In this document: positions 18,369 to 28,089 of the stretch, piece after piece
How positions within the stretch are numbered: position 1 is the stretch's first letter
How the letters are laid out: every line of letters starts with the position of its first letter
Source of the DNA: an uncultured Pseudomonadales bacterium
Lineage (GTDB): Bacteria; Patescibacteriota; Microgenomatia; UBA1400; PJMF01
Assembly (NCBI GenBank): GCA_964393205.1
Contig: CAYMSV010000003.1
Location: 34,608 to 98,607, forward strand
Length of the DNA stretch: 64,000 nucleotides
Reading direction: 5' to 3'
Translations under genes and position numbers: made by a program
Notes under the pieces: generated by a model
What the model saw: the letters and a program-made list of their open reading frames with translations, nothing else
The model's database searches: none
Told to the model about the DNA's origin: nothing

Positions 18369-19296
18369 AAAACAGGGTGGTTGGGTTAATACTCACAGTC
18401 ATTTAGATAGAGCTTATACCATTACCCCTGAATCTTTAAAACTAGGTGATGAGCATTTGCATAAAAAATGGGGGCTAGTTGATGAGCTTAAAAAAAGTTC
18501 CAGTGTTAAACAAATCTACGATAGAATGGCTTTTGCTTTGGAAAGACAGTTAGAGCAAGGAGTAACCGTCTTGGCTAGTTTTATTGATGTTGATGAGGTA
18601 GTAAAAGATAAAGCCATGAAAGCGGCTCAAAAATTGAAGGAAAATTATCAAAAAGATTTAAAATTAGTTTTTATTAACCAAGCACTGAAGGGAGTTTTAA
18701 ATCCTAAAGCTAGATTTTGGTTTGAAGAAGCACTGAGCTTTGTAGACATTATTGGTGGCTTGCCAGGTAAAGATGCTGGTCAAGAAACTAAGCACCTAGA
18801 TATTTTATTTAGTTTGGCTAAAAAACACGACAAAATGGTTCATGTCCATGTCGATCAACTCAATACTCCTCAAGAAAAAGAAACTGAGTTGTTGATTAAA
18901 AAAACTCAAGAACATGCTTTGCAAGGAAAAGTGGTTGCTGTTCATTCCGTTTCTTTGGCTGCTCAGAAAGCCAAATATCGACAAAAAATTTATCAAGAAA
19001 TGCAAAAAAACCAGTTAATGGTGATAGTTTGTCCCTCAGCTTGGATAGATAGTCGACGCTCAGAAGAATTGGCGGTGACTCATAACGCCATTGCTCCAGT
19101 TGAGGAGTTGCTTGAAGCCAAAATTCCAGTAGCCCTTGGTACAGATAATATTGCTGATATTTACAAACCCTTTACAGATGGGGAGATGTGGATAGAACTG
19201 CGTTTTTTGCTAGAGACTTGTCATTTTTATGATATTAAACAACTAGCAAACATTGCTACTATAAATGGTAGAAAAGCTCTTGGTCTAAGCACTTGA
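18292..19296 (+). CDS. Amidohydrolase-superfamily metal-dependent hydrolase (deaminase-like)
   Basis: NTHSHLD (HxH), VHVHVD, AVHSVSL, LGTDNIAD metal-ligand pattern; true start uncertain (overlaps argG 3' end). Confidence 0.55.
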   Translation: MPLKRNKKMKKKQNWNLKNLVLEKIKKQGGWVNTHSHLDRAYTITPESLKLGDEHLHKKWGLVDELKKSSSVKQIYDRMAFALERQLEQGVTVLASFIDVDEVVKDKAMKAAQKLKENYQKDLKLVFINQALKGVLNPKARFWFEEALSFVDIIGGLPGKDAGQETKHLDILFSLAKKHDKMVHVHVDQLNTPQEKETELLIKKTQEHALQGKVVAVHSVSLAAQKAKYRQKIYQEMQKNQLMVIVCPSAWIDSRRSEELAVTHNAIAPVEELLEAKIPVALGTDNIADIYKPFTDGEMWIELRFLLETCHFYDIKQLANIATINGRKALGLST

Positions 19297-19345
19297 GGCT
19301 GTCGGCTTAGTAAAAAGACGCTATAATAAACAAGTTTTTTGATAA

Positions 19346-19428
19346 GGAGGTGTCGCATAGCGGTCAATTGCACACGCTTGGAAAGCGTGAGCCTCACGGC
19401 TTCAAGGGTTCGAATCCCTTCACCTCCG
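19346..19428 (+). tRNA. tRNA-Ser (anticodon GGA), type II
   Basis: Acceptor GGAGGTG/CACCTCC, anticodon stem CACGC/GCGTG loop TTGGAAA, variable arm AGCCTCACGGCT, T-arm AAGGGTTCGAATCCCTT. Confidence 0.85.
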
Positions 19429-19439
19429 CAAAGCGCCAG

Positions 19440-19466
19440 CCTGGCGGATGGCCCACGAGCCACCGC
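19440..19466 (+). repeat. Conserved tRNA-Ser trailer hairpin, copy 2 (CCTGGCGGATGGCCCACGAGCCACCGC)
   Basis: 26/27 identity with 13378-13404. Confidence 0.6.
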
Positions 19467-19605
19467 ATCCTGGGATTTGAACTATAGCGACGTCATTATT
19501 TTTTTGGCTAATTGTTTTTTTATTTTTTTAAAAAATTATATATTGTGATATACTATGAGCTGTTGTTGATTTAACCAATCTTTCATTCTGTTTAGGAGGT
19601 GTATC

Positions 19606-19824
19606 GTGGGTTTTAGGAAAGAGGATCGAGAATCAGCGAACAGCAAGTTTCACAATGCGTGTAAAGCTGCAGGTCTTTCAGAACAAGAGCGAAGGGCTTT
19701 CAGCGAATACATGCATAACAAGAACTTACTCAGGGATTATATGAGTTACGACGAGATTAAACGTCTCGCCACAGAGTGGAAAGGCCGTAGCGGCTACAAT
19801 CCATATCATCGTAATAACCGATAG
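19606..19824 (+). CDS. Small basic protein (72 aa), unknown function
   Basis: AGGAGG RBS then GTG start; locally elevated GC; followed by terminator. Confidence 0.4.
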   Translation: MGFRKEDRESANSKFHNACKAAGLSEQERRAFSEYMHNKNLLRDYMSYDEIKRLATEWKGRSGYNPYHRNNR

Positions 19825-19839
19825 TAAGTTCATCAACTG

Positions 19840-19862
19840 AGGGCAGTAAAATCTGCCCTCTT
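19840..19862 (+). terminator. Rho-independent terminator
   Basis: GGGCAG-TAAAAT-CTGCCC followed by TCTTTT. Confidence 0.65.
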
Positions 19863-19880
19863 TTACTTTAAAAAGTCGAG

Positions 19881-20348
19881 CTAATCAATTTCATGAAAAA
19901 AAGCTATTTGACAGTTATCTATTTGTTTCGCCAATGTTATCTCCTTTTTCTTATTATTAGAGATGGAAATAAGACCAAAACGATTAGGTAAAACATTTAT
20001 GACACTTTGATCATTGAATATAATTGATACAGTTTTGGCTGTTTTACTAAATCTAAATTCAGTAATTTCTTTAATTTTATTTTTTAGTTTTTGCTCGACA
20101 AAAATTTCAATTCTCTTATACAACTGCAGGGCTGTTTCATTATCATCTTTAAACTCAGTCATAAACAAATAATCATTGCTATCATAATTCCAAATACCAT
20201 CTATAGTAATTGTTAGTTTTTCATCATTCTTATCTTTTAAGATGAAATACAGTTCCGTTCCGGCCGCCTTAAATAAATCTACTATTGGTAGACCAATAGC
20301 TGAATCGAAAGCTTGTTTATATTCTTCTGTAGTAATCTTTTTTTGCAT
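19881..20348 (-). CDS. Hypothetical protein (155 aa)
   Basis: ORF only. Confidence 0.35.
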   Translation of the reverse strand: MQKKITTEEYKQAFDSAIGLPIVDLFKAAGTELYFILKDKNDEKLTITIDGIWNYDSNDYLFMTEFKDDNETALQLYKRIEIFVEQKLKNKIKEITEFRFSKTAKTVSIIFNDQSVINVLPNRFGLISISNNKKKEITLAKQIDNCQIAFFHEID

Positions 20349-20480
20349 GCCTTAATTCTATACTATTTAGTCAAGAAAGATAATTCAAAGAAAATAAAAC
20401 ATTTACTTTCTATACTGTCCCATTTGTCTCATTTTGAGTATAATTAACTCTAGAAAGGTGTAGGTGGCTATGGGACACCC

Positions 20481-20510
20481 TGGTTCCAGACCCACCTGCT
20501 CCGCAATAAT
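20481..20510 (+). repeat. Direct repeat R1 (candidate att core)
   Basis: Shares GTTCCAG(A/G)CCCAnnTGCTCCGC(C)A with 31917-31949 and 32769-32801. Confidence 0.6.
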
Positions 20511-20560
20511 CCAAAAATTCTGATAGACCCGTCTAATAATGCTAAAGGTCTTGATGAATC

Positions 20561-20590
20561 TTGCTAAAAATCTCCAATTTGGAGATTTTT
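20561..20590. terminator. Palindromic hairpin, bidirectional terminator candidate
   Basis: AAAATCTCCAAATTTGGAGATTTTTT. Confidence 0.5.
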
Positions 20591-20611
20591 TAGTTTTAGA
20601 GCCCAGAATAA

Positions 20612-21442
20612 ATGATTTCTTTACTTATATTGATATATAATCTGAATCATATGAGCGATCCCAATAAGTCTGATCATAAGAAAAATGTTTCTGAATTAAT
20701 TTCTGCTGGATCAGAAATAGTGGGAGCTGGAATTGGAGGTGTTACTGGATTTTTATTTGCTGGACCAGTGGGCGCAGCTGGTGCTGGAATTGGGGGAGTC
20801 ATAGTTGCAAAAACATTGAATAAAGTCGGCCAAGAAATATCAACCAGGCTTTTATCACCTAGAGAAAAAGTAAGAGTGGGAGGAGTTATGGCTCTTTCCA
20901 CACTAGAAATAGAAAAGAGAATCTCAGAAGGAGAGACCATACGCTCTGATGGTTTTTTTGATACCAATCCCAATGGAAGATCCAATGCTGATGAAGTTGT
21001 AGAAAGTGTTCTACTCAAAAGTCAAAGAGAACCTGAAGAAAAAAAACTTCCCTATCTTGCTCATTTATATGCAAATATTGCATTCAGCGAAGAAATCAGC
21101 ACCCCAATGGCTCATCAACTTATAAAAGGTGTTAACCAACTAACATATAGACAGCTATGCATTTTAAGATTGTGTGCAATGAAAAAAATCCCACTCAGAG
21201 AAAAAGACTACAGAGAAGAGTCTTCTTTCCCAAAAGAACTTTATCAAGTTTTATATGAATGTTTTGACTTATCCTCAAAAGGATACATAAATAATGGAAG
21301 CACAATTGCTCTTGGGCTAACTGATTTAATCCCAAAAGAAATGACTCCTCAAGCATTAGGAGCTGACATTCATAATTTCTTACAACTTTGGAATATTCCC
21401 ATGGAAGACCTCCAACCGATTATAGATCAATTAAAACAATAA
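20612..21442 (+). CDS. Hypothetical protein with N-terminal glycine-zipper membrane segment
   Basis: GAGIGGVTGFLFAGPVGAAGAGIGGVIVA then soluble domain. Confidence 0.4.
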   Translation: MISLLILIYNLNHMSDPNKSDHKKNVSELISAGSEIVGAGIGGVTGFLFAGPVGAAGAGIGGVIVAKTLNKVGQEISTRLLSPREKVRVGGVMALSTLEIEKRISEGETIRSDGFFDTNPNGRSNADEVVESVLLKSQREPEEKKLPYLAHLYANIAFSEEISTPMAHQLIKGVNQLTYRQLCILRLCAMKKIPLREKDYREESSFPKELYQVLYECFDLSSKGYINNGSTIALGLTDLIPKEMTPQALGADIHNFLQLWNIPMEDLQPIIDQLKQ

Positions 21443-22726
21443 CTGTTTATTCTTAAGTATAAATTTAGTTTTTATCATCCCCAACGCTTCCTGCCTATCA
21501 TCTGCTGATCCAGTTTTAAGTACATGTTTTAGATAGTTTATTGCCATCCCTTCATCATTAATTTTAACTGCTGAATTTTCCATTTCTTCCAAATTCCCAG
21601 ACAAATATTCTTGGTGTAAAACTTCTGATCTTAGTTTATGGAATCTCTCTATATCTGCCTTAAGTTTTTTAGCAATTTTAGTCTTAACTATTTTTATATT
21701 TCCAGCATTAATGTGAGCCAAAAGTTGGCTTATCAAATCTTCCTCAGTGATATAAGGTTCATCACAATCATAATTAACTGATCTGCCACAATGATAGTAA
21801 ATGTATTTCCCATAACCCCCATATTTAAGTTTTTTGTATTTAACTTCTGCTGTAACACCTCCACCACATGATCCACAAGTACAAAGTGTTTTAAATGGAA
21901 ATTTCTTTTTATGCCAATTCTTTGGTGGCACTTGAAGTTGCTTTTGTACTTTATCCCACAATTCTTTACTGACTAAAGGTTCATGAATTCCTTTGTACCA
22001 TTCATCTCCATATTTAAACTCACCATAATAAAATGGATTTTTTAGAGTTGAATAAATTTTGCTTAAAGCCAATATCTTTCCTCTCTTTGTTTCGAACCCA
22101 ATTTCTTTAAACCATTTTCTGATTGTTCTACCACTATGTCCTTTTACAGCTACCCGTGTAAACATTTCCTTAATAACCCATGCTCTTTCAGGATCAGGTA
22201 TAACTTCACTGATTCTATTATTTTTCAAAATATTTAAATATCCAATTGGAGCTAACCCAGGTCTAATACCCATTTCACATTTAGCTTTAAGTCCTCGCTT
22301 AACATTAATCCCTCTATTATCATTTTCTAACTTCGCTTGTGAACAAAGAATCATTAATAGAAACTTTTCATTTGGATTATTTCTAAATATCTGAGATTTT
22401 GTTTTAATCTCTTGAAGCTTTCCTTGATCCATTAGATCCACCAAAGATCCTAAATCACCTGCATTACGACTTAATCTGTCAGGGGCCCAAGTAAGAATCC
22501 CATCAAAAACCCCTTTATCAATATCTTTTAAGAGTTTAATAAAAACTGGCCTTGTTCCTGATCTTTTAGCAGAATGACTCTCTTGTCTAATTTCAGTAAC
22601 ATTTAGTTGTTCACTTTCAGCTATTATCCTCATCTCTTTAATTTGAGAATCAATTGACATTGTTTGTCGTTCATCAGATTCAGAAGATTTTCTTGCGTAG
22701 AGACAATATTTTATATTTTTTTGCAT
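21431..22726 (-). CDS. Large serine recombinase (integrase/resolvase family)
   Basis: N-terminal resolvase catalytic domain YARKSS...S..Q, recombinase domain, C-terminal zinc ribbon CTCGSCGG...YYHCGR. Confidence 0.85.
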   Translation of the reverse strand: MQKNIKYCLYARKSSESDERQTMSIDSQIKEMRIIAESEQLNVTEIRQESHSAKRSGTRPVFIKLLKDIDKGVFDGILTWAPDRLSRNAGDLGSLVDLMDQGKLQEIKTKSQIFRNNPNEKFLLMILCSQAKLENDNRGINVKRGLKAKCEMGIRPGLAPIGYLNILKNNRISEVIPDPERAWVIKEMFTRVAVKGHSGRTIRKWFKEIGFETKRGKILALSKIYSTLKNPFYYGEFKYGDEWYKGIHEPLVSKELWDKVQKQLQVPPKNWHKKKFPFKTLCTCGSCGGGVTAEVKYKKLKYGGYGKYIYYHCGRSVNYDCDEPYITEEDLISQLLAHINAGNIKIVKTKIAKKLKADIERFHKLRSEVLHQEYLSGNLEEMENSAVKINDEGMAINYLKHVLKTGSADDRQEALGMIKTKFILKNKQLLF

Positions 22727-22990
22727 TCTGTTCCTTTTCTAGTAGTAGAAGGTACCGCAAAAAAAGATGAAGTCAAGTCGTGGTTGAAACATTAAAAAAG
22801 ACTGATTTATAGTTATTTTTTATTAAAAATACTCTTGATTTTCTTTGCTAAAAATCTTATAATTAAGTAGTTAAAAAAAGGTAAACTAATAGAAAATATA
22901 CTCATGGAAAAAGGTTCAAAACTAATTAAAGATAATGATAAATTAATGTCTATGGATGGTTTAAACTCTAGCCTCTTGTCAAAAGATGAG

Positions 22991-23025
22991 TGTAAATGTA
23001 AAATCGACTCGATTTTACATTTACA
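22991..23025. promoter_or_regulatory. Perfect 17-bp inverted repeat (35 bp), candidate recombinase/repressor binding site or attP-like site
   Basis: TGTAAATGTAAAATCGA-C-TCGATTTTACATTTACA, between terminase stop and recombinase start. Confidence 0.5.
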
Positions 23026-23048
23026 GTAGAATTTTCAAAAATAATTCC

Positions 23049-24479
23049 CTATAAAAAATCAATAATTGGCACTTCTTCCTCCTTTAAGTCTTCTAAAAAC
23101 TCATAAACTAATTGAGAAAATGAATCTGCTAAATCATCATATTTTTCACTTCCAAAATACAAAATTTGATTAATTAATTCTTCTGCTCCTTTTTTAGGAA
23201 ATCTAACCTTTCCATTTTTGATCTGATAAGAAGCTGATGATAATCTTTCTCTTTTATCACGACCTCCTGTTGTCAAACCTCTAACTGGTAAACCTTCTCT
23301 CTCCATACTTTGAATTAACCCTGCCTGCTGACCCGCTTCTTCAACAACAATTTCAACTGGAGCTAAATCTTTTAAAGAAAAAAACATTACTTTAACTTCT
23401 TCAATTAAATCAGGCATTCTTATTCGTTTATTTGTTGGAAACGGATGAATATATATTTTAGCTGACTTTCCTTTACCAACAACTGAACCAACAGTAATGG
23501 CTACATTATCTCCAGTACTTTTTTGACTAAAAGCAGGATCAATACTAATAATAATTCTAGAAACATTTCTTTCAGGTAATTCATCATAAAACTGTAGCCA
23601 TTCTTCTTTAACAATTTGCTCGTCATCAGCAATAATCTTCAACATATATTCTCTTTGAAAATCAGTATTAGTTACTTTGTTTTTTAATCTAACGATTGAG
23701 ACTTCATCTGGATATTTACCAAACCATAAACTCTTGCCTTCTAATAAGAGAGAGTACTCTCTATATTCACCATCAAAAGTTCCTCCCAAAATAGATCTTT
23801 TCATTCTCATCATTACTGAATCGTTATGAACCAAGTTCCCAATCATTACTACTTTGGTATTTTTATCTCCAGATGGAATTAATTCTGAATTCAAAAATTC
23901 CCAAGCCTTCTTTCTCCCTTCAGCTGTTTTTGCAGAAGCAACATCTTCAATATCATCAGCCACAATTAAATCAGGTCTAAACTGACGATGACGAAAACCT
24001 CTAATTTTTTCAGATATAGAAACGGCTGTAATACGAGCCTGTTGTTTAGTAAAAACCAAACTAGAACTACTCCATTCAGCAAGATCCTTTGGAAATGGAC
24101 CAAAATCATTTATCAAAAGCTGATTATTTTCACACTCCTGTCTAATGTTATCCAAAGCCTGTTGAGCTCTTGTCTGTGTTTGATTAACTAACACTACAAA
24201 ATTCTTTTCCTTACGACTTAAGATCATCCATAAAGGATAAATAAGCTGACAATAAGTAGACTTGGCACTTCCACGAAAAGCTACAATCACTAAAAATCTA
24301 ACAGCATCATTTTGTAAAAGCTGTAGCATCTCTTTATGAAAATCTGCTATTTCATATTCAATATAATGTGGGAAGTAAATCACAAAAAACCAAAGAATAT
24401 CCTGCTTTGCCAGCTTCTTTCTGAGTTTTTTATTTTTCCTAACTTCTAAAATTAATTCTTGTGTAATTTTTTCTTTCAT
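23049..24479 (-). CDS. terL: Phage terminase large subunit
   Basis: N-terminal ATPase (VIVAFRGSAKST Walker A-like, DDIED), C-terminal RNase-H-like nuclease (ISIDPAFS). Confidence 0.8.
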   Translation of the reverse strand: MKEKITQELILEVRKNKKLRKKLAKQDILWFFVIYFPHYIEYEIADFHKEMLQLLQNDAVRFLVIVAFRGSAKSTYCQLIYPLWMILSRKEKNFVVLVNQTQTRAQQALDNIRQECENNQLLINDFGPFPKDLAEWSSSSLVFTKQQARITAVSISEKIRGFRHRQFRPDLIVADDIEDVASAKTAEGRKKAWEFLNSELIPSGDKNTKVVMIGNLVHNDSVMMRMKRSILGGTFDGEYREYSLLLEGKSLWFGKYPDEVSIVRLKNKVTNTDFQREYMLKIIADDEQIVKEEWLQFYDELPERNVSRIIISIDPAFSQKSTGDNVAITVGSVVGKGKSAKIYIHPFPTNKRIRMPDLIEEVKVMFFSLKDLAPVEIVVEEAGQQAGLIQSMEREGLPVRGLTTGGRDKRERLSSASYQIKNGKVRFPKKGAEELINQILYFGSEKYDDLADSFSQLVYEFLEDLKEEEVPIIDFL

Positions 24480-24480
24480 T

Positions 24481-24891
24481 TCAATCCTTACTGCTCATTA
24501 AACTGAGTGCTTTTTTATAAATTTCTTTTTCTTCTTCAGTTAATTCTTCTGACTCCTCTGATTCATGAAAAAGTTTGACCCTATTCTCATAAGCCTGTCT
24601 GTGATGCTTTAACCAAAAGATTATGGCAGTCATATTTTCATCTCGTATTTGATTTATTAATTGAGACTCTGCCATATCAGATATTAGCTCTGTTCCTTCT
24701 TGTAAAGCTTTATTAGCTTCCTTAGAAAATTCAGGGTCATCCTTCCTCCAACGATAGTAGGTTGCCCTGGATATTCCTGCTTTTTTACAAGCTATTTGAA
24801 TTATTGGATTCACTTTTAATTTATCGATAATAAGTTTCTTATCATTAATAATCCTTTCCTCAATTGGAGTTAATACTTTTGTATTTGTCAT
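24481..24891 (-). CDS. HTH DNA-binding protein, probable terminase small subunit
   Basis: HTH (ACKKAGISRATYYRWRKDDPEF); position immediately upstream of terL with 1-nt gap. Confidence 0.45.
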   Translation of the reverse strand: MTNTKVLTPIEERIINDKKLIIDKLKVNPIIQIACKKAGISRATYYRWRKDDPEFSKEANKALQEGTELISDMAESQLINQIRDENMTAIIFWLKHHRQAYENRVKLFHESEESEELTEEEKEIYKKALSLMSSKD

Positions 24892-26210
24892 TGAATTAGC
24901 TTTGCTTTTTTACCTGTTAACTTTTCCCAACGATTCTTAATAACTTCTGCATAAATTGGAGATTTTTCCATGATGTTGCATCTTCTCTTCATCTTTTGAG
25001 AAGCGATTAAAGTACTACCACTACCACCAAATGGCTCTACAACTAAATCTCCACGCCTGGTTAAAACTTTAAGATAAGGGATTAAAATCTCAATTGGTTT
25101 TGTACCAAAAATAATTCCTTGTCCCGATTGTTTCTCATCACAAGCTTTAAATTCAATGAAATCAGTCGGTTGGATTTTCTTACCCTTGTTGTAACCTTCC
25201 CAGTGAGGCTTCCCGTTAATTGCAAACAAAGCCGTTTCATATTCATTCTGCAAAAGGTTATCTGATTCTGAATCTAAATCTAACTGTTTGCTTTCTGAGC
25301 TCCCAACCATAGCAATATCATGCTTTGAAAAAAACTTGTGTTGAGAAGCAAATCCTTGATGCCTATTTGGTAAATGCCAAACCAACATATTACGAACTTT
25401 CCAATGTCTTTCCATTTCTCCCCAAATAGTTCTGATGTTTTTCCAATTTTCATAAACAATAATACTAAAATCATCTTTGGCTATTTTAGAAATATTCCCC
25501 ATCCACTTTTCGGTGAAATCTGGTGGTAGAACGTCTGTCTCAAGATATTTTCTATTTTTCTTAGCCCCAAATCCTTCAGTTGGTTTTCCATGTCTTTTAG
25601 CTTTTAGATAATCAAGAATGTAGGGAGGATCAGTCAGACACATATCTGCTTTTTCTTTATTCATTAATTTAAGAAAATCAGCTTCAATTGTTGAGTCTCC
25701 ACACATTAACTTGTTTTCACCCAGCTGCCAAACATCACCTTTTTTAATTTTGATTTCATCTATTTTTAATTTCTGGAGTTCTTTCTCAAGATCAAAATCT
25801 TCTGGATTATCTTCTGTTAGAAAAACTTCATCTATCTCTTCACTAGAAAATCCAACATCAGAAAGAAAAGCCTCATCAAACTCAGCCAATAAATCAAAGT
25901 CCCAGTCACCAGTATTTTTATTAAGCCTTAGATTGAGTTCTTTTTCTTTTTTAATCTCTGGAAGATTGATGAAAACCACAGGAACTTCTTTAAATCCCAA
26001 ATCCTTTAAAACTTTTAAGCGAAAATGGCCTCCTATAACTATATTCTTTCTACCTGGAGCTGAGTTAACTAAGAGTGGATCAACAACTCCAAAACGCGAG
26101 ATGCTTTCTTTAAGATCATTGCTAGCTTCTTCACTCCAAGTTCTTGGGTTATATGGAGCTGGATTTAACTCTGATACTTTAATTTCTACTATATTCAGTT
26201 TATTTTTCAT
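24888..26210 (-). CDS. ParB-like nuclease domain fused to N6-adenine/N4-cytosine DNA methyltransferase
   Basis: N-terminal ParB motif (VSELNPAPYNPR), DPPY catalytic motif (CLTDPPYILD), AdoMet motif FGGSGST. Confidence 0.8.
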   Translation of the reverse strand: MKNKLNIVEIKVSELNPAPYNPRTWSEEASNDLKESISRFGVVDPLLVNSAPGRKNIVIGGHFRLKVLKDLGFKEVPVVFINLPEIKKEKELNLRLNKNTGDWDFDLLAEFDEAFLSDVGFSSEEIDEVFLTEDNPEDFDLEKELQKLKIDEIKIKKGDVWQLGENKLMCGDSTIEADFLKLMNKEKADMCLTDPPYILDYLKAKRHGKPTEGFGAKKNRKYLETDVLPPDFTEKWMGNISKIAKDDFSIIVYENWKNIRTIWGEMERHWKVRNMLVWHLPNRHQGFASQHKFFSKHDIAMVGSSESKQLDLDSESDNLLQNEYETALFAINGKPHWEGYNKGKKIQPTDFIEFKACDEKQSGQGIIFGTKPIEILIPYLKVLTRRGDLVVEPFGGSGSTLIASQKMKRRCNIMEKSPIYAEVIKNRWEKLTGKKAKLIQ

Positions 26211-26318
26211 AAACTTTCCTTTACTAAAAGATCTTTTTGATACTAATTTGATCTTCTAATAATATTGTAAAAATATTCTTTGGTTTTTTTCCCAAATTGC
26301 TTTTTTAGCCTGATAATA

Positions 26319-26348
26319 AAAAAGCACTCTCAATTGAGAGTGCTTAAA
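26319..26348 (-). terminator. Rho-independent terminator for minus-strand gene 26390-26812
   Basis: GCACTCTCAATTGAGAGTGC palindrome flanked by A/T runs. Confidence 0.6.
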
Positions 26349-26389
26349 AAACTTTTATTTTATAACTTAAAGTTAAAATTTAGTTAAAA

Positions 26390-26812
26390 TTATCTGTATT
26401 CTTTATCAAAATCAATAATCTCAATCTGTTCATTACCCCAAGCATCAGTATATATCAACCTATATCCACCACCATCCATTCTTGTCTCATACTCTACAGG
26501 AGTTGAAACAAAACATTCCCGGGTAATATCAAAAAAGTTTGAATCATAATTATCTAAAGATTCAAGCTTCTCAATCATTCCTTCCAAAGAAACTGGAATA
26601 GTATAAAACCAAGCTTCATATAAATTTATGACTGCCTTGTATTCTCCAAGACAAGAAACCTTAACTTGCTGTTCAGAATCCTTTAAAGCCTCTTGTTTTT
26701 TTGAAAACTTATAAAAATTAAAAGCTTCTTTAACAATTAAAACTAATACTAATATTCCAATTATTATAAATATTTTTGAAATTGGCCTTTTTATACTCAT
26801 TTTCTTAAACAT
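26390..26812 (-). CDS. Hypothetical membrane-anchored protein (140 aa)
   Basis: Single N-terminal TM helix; ORF only. Confidence 0.35.
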   Translation of the reverse strand: MFKKMSIKRPISKIFIIIGILVLVLIVKEAFNFYKFSKKQEALKDSEQQVKVSCLGEYKAVINLYEAWFYTIPVSLEGMIEKLESLDNYDSNFFDITRECFVSTPVEYETRMDGGGYRLIYTDAWGNEQIEIIDFDKEYR

Positions 26813-26921
26813 ATTCCCCTTCTATAAATGCTATTTATTAACATCATTTTATCTGTATGTCTGTGAAAATGCTAGTTATAAACTGTAGAGTCGACAACAT
26901 CATTTCATTAATCTGATATTA

Positions 26922-27152
26922 ATGAAACAAACACACAAACCAAATACAAACTTGAGAAGGAAATTTGGGAAAAGAGTTAGACAATTAAGAGATGATTTGG
27001 GATATTCACAAGAAGAACTAGGATTCAAAGCTGACCTACATAGAACTTACATTGGCTCGATAGAACGAGGAGAACAAAATGTATCTTTGGATAATATAGG
27101 AAAATTAGCTAAAGTTCTCAAGACCTCTCTTTCAGATCTTTTTGATCTATAA
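26922..27152 (+). CDS. XRE-family HTH transcriptional regulator (Cro/CI-like)
   Basis: RVRQLRDDLGYSQEELGFKADLHRTYIGSIERGEQNVSLDNIGKLAKVL. Confidence 0.8.
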   Translation: MKQTHKPNTNLRRKFGKRVRQLRDDLGYSQEELGFKADLHRTYIGSIERGEQNVSLDNIGKLAKVLKTSLSDLFDL

Positions 27153-27193
27153 ATCACCTTTAATCTAAAAATTTACAATCTATAATAACCTTT

Positions 27194-28075
27194 ATGATTG
27201 ATATACAGGTAGTTCGTGCAGTCAAAAAACAACTTGAAGAAGCCTCATCTGTTATAAAAGCAATGAAGGAAGTAAATGATTCTTATTCAAAGCAACTTAG
27301 AGCCATCTCCGAAACTATAATTAATTTCAACAAACAAGCAAAAAAAATAATATCAGAACTACCAAACCTTGATCTTTTTTTAGGGTTTGATCAGGCAGGG
27401 CTAACCCCTAATTTGGGAAAAAGTAAATCAATTCATAATGTTAAAAAGTTTATTTCAAACCTCGATAAAGGGTATGCTATTTTTTGGATTCCTAGAGCTG
27501 ATATCGTTGATGAAATTGTATTTGCTGATACCAGTAAACAGAAAAAGGAAATAATTATAGAAAACCAAAAGCTAATTCTCTCTGATTGTTTAAAAGTGGT
27601 AAAAACAATAAAAAATAATAAATTAAAAAATCATGCTGATCATTTAATGTCAGCTATTACTTGCATGGAACATGGAAATTTTAGAGCTGCTCAATCAACT
27701 GCAACAATTTGTCTTGACTCATTGATTGATGAATTAGTTGACCTAAGTGATCTAGATTCATTTAGGAAAATAAATAACAAATTAAATAAGACTGCAAATG
27801 TTTTGACAGATATTGATAAAATTCCAATTAACTATCTCTATGCTGCTCTGCAATCCAGATTAATAATCTATTTATTCCGACCATTTGACAGATTAAATCC
27901 GAATAAAATATCACATAAGTATGCAAGACACTCTAGCACTCATTCTGTTAGCAAAAGACAATATAAACCATTTAATGCCATGCAAGCTATTATGATTGCA
28001 ACATCACTACTAGCAACTACCAATAAATTAGGAAGTAACTGGTTATCAAAATTAGCATCGTATAATTCTGTATAA
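27194..28075 (+). CDS. Hypothetical protein (293 aa), unknown function
   Basis: ORF only; first gene of 4-gene unknown cassette. Confidence 0.35.
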   Translation: MIDIQVVRAVKKQLEEASSVIKAMKEVNDSYSKQLRAISETIINFNKQAKKIISELPNLDLFLGFDQAGLTPNLGKSKSIHNVKKFISNLDKGYAIFWIPRADIVDEIVFADTSKQKKEIIIENQKLILSDCLKVVKTIKNNKLKNHADHLMSAITCMEHGNFRAAQSTATICLDSLIDELVDLSDLDSFRKINNKLNKTANVLTDIDKIPINYLYAALQSRLIIYLFRPFDRLNPNKISHKYARHSSTHSVSKRQYKPFNAMQAIMIATSLLATTNKLGSNWLSKLASYNSV

Positions 28076-28089
28076 ATTACTAAACTGAA

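Noticed and set aside
19227-19548. Minus (78 aa) and plus (69 aa) ORFs
   Set aside because: Both are translations across tRNA-Ser(GGA) and its trailer hairpin
20674-21018. 114-aa minus-strand ORF
   Set aside because: Antisense of the Gly-rich segment of 20612-21442 (reads as Pro/Ala-rich low complexity)
22059-22394. 111-aa plus-strand ORF
   Set aside because: Antisense within the serine recombinase gene
25711-26259. 182-aa plus-strand ORF
   Set aside because: Antisense within the ParB-methyltransferase gene; Ser-rich low complexity
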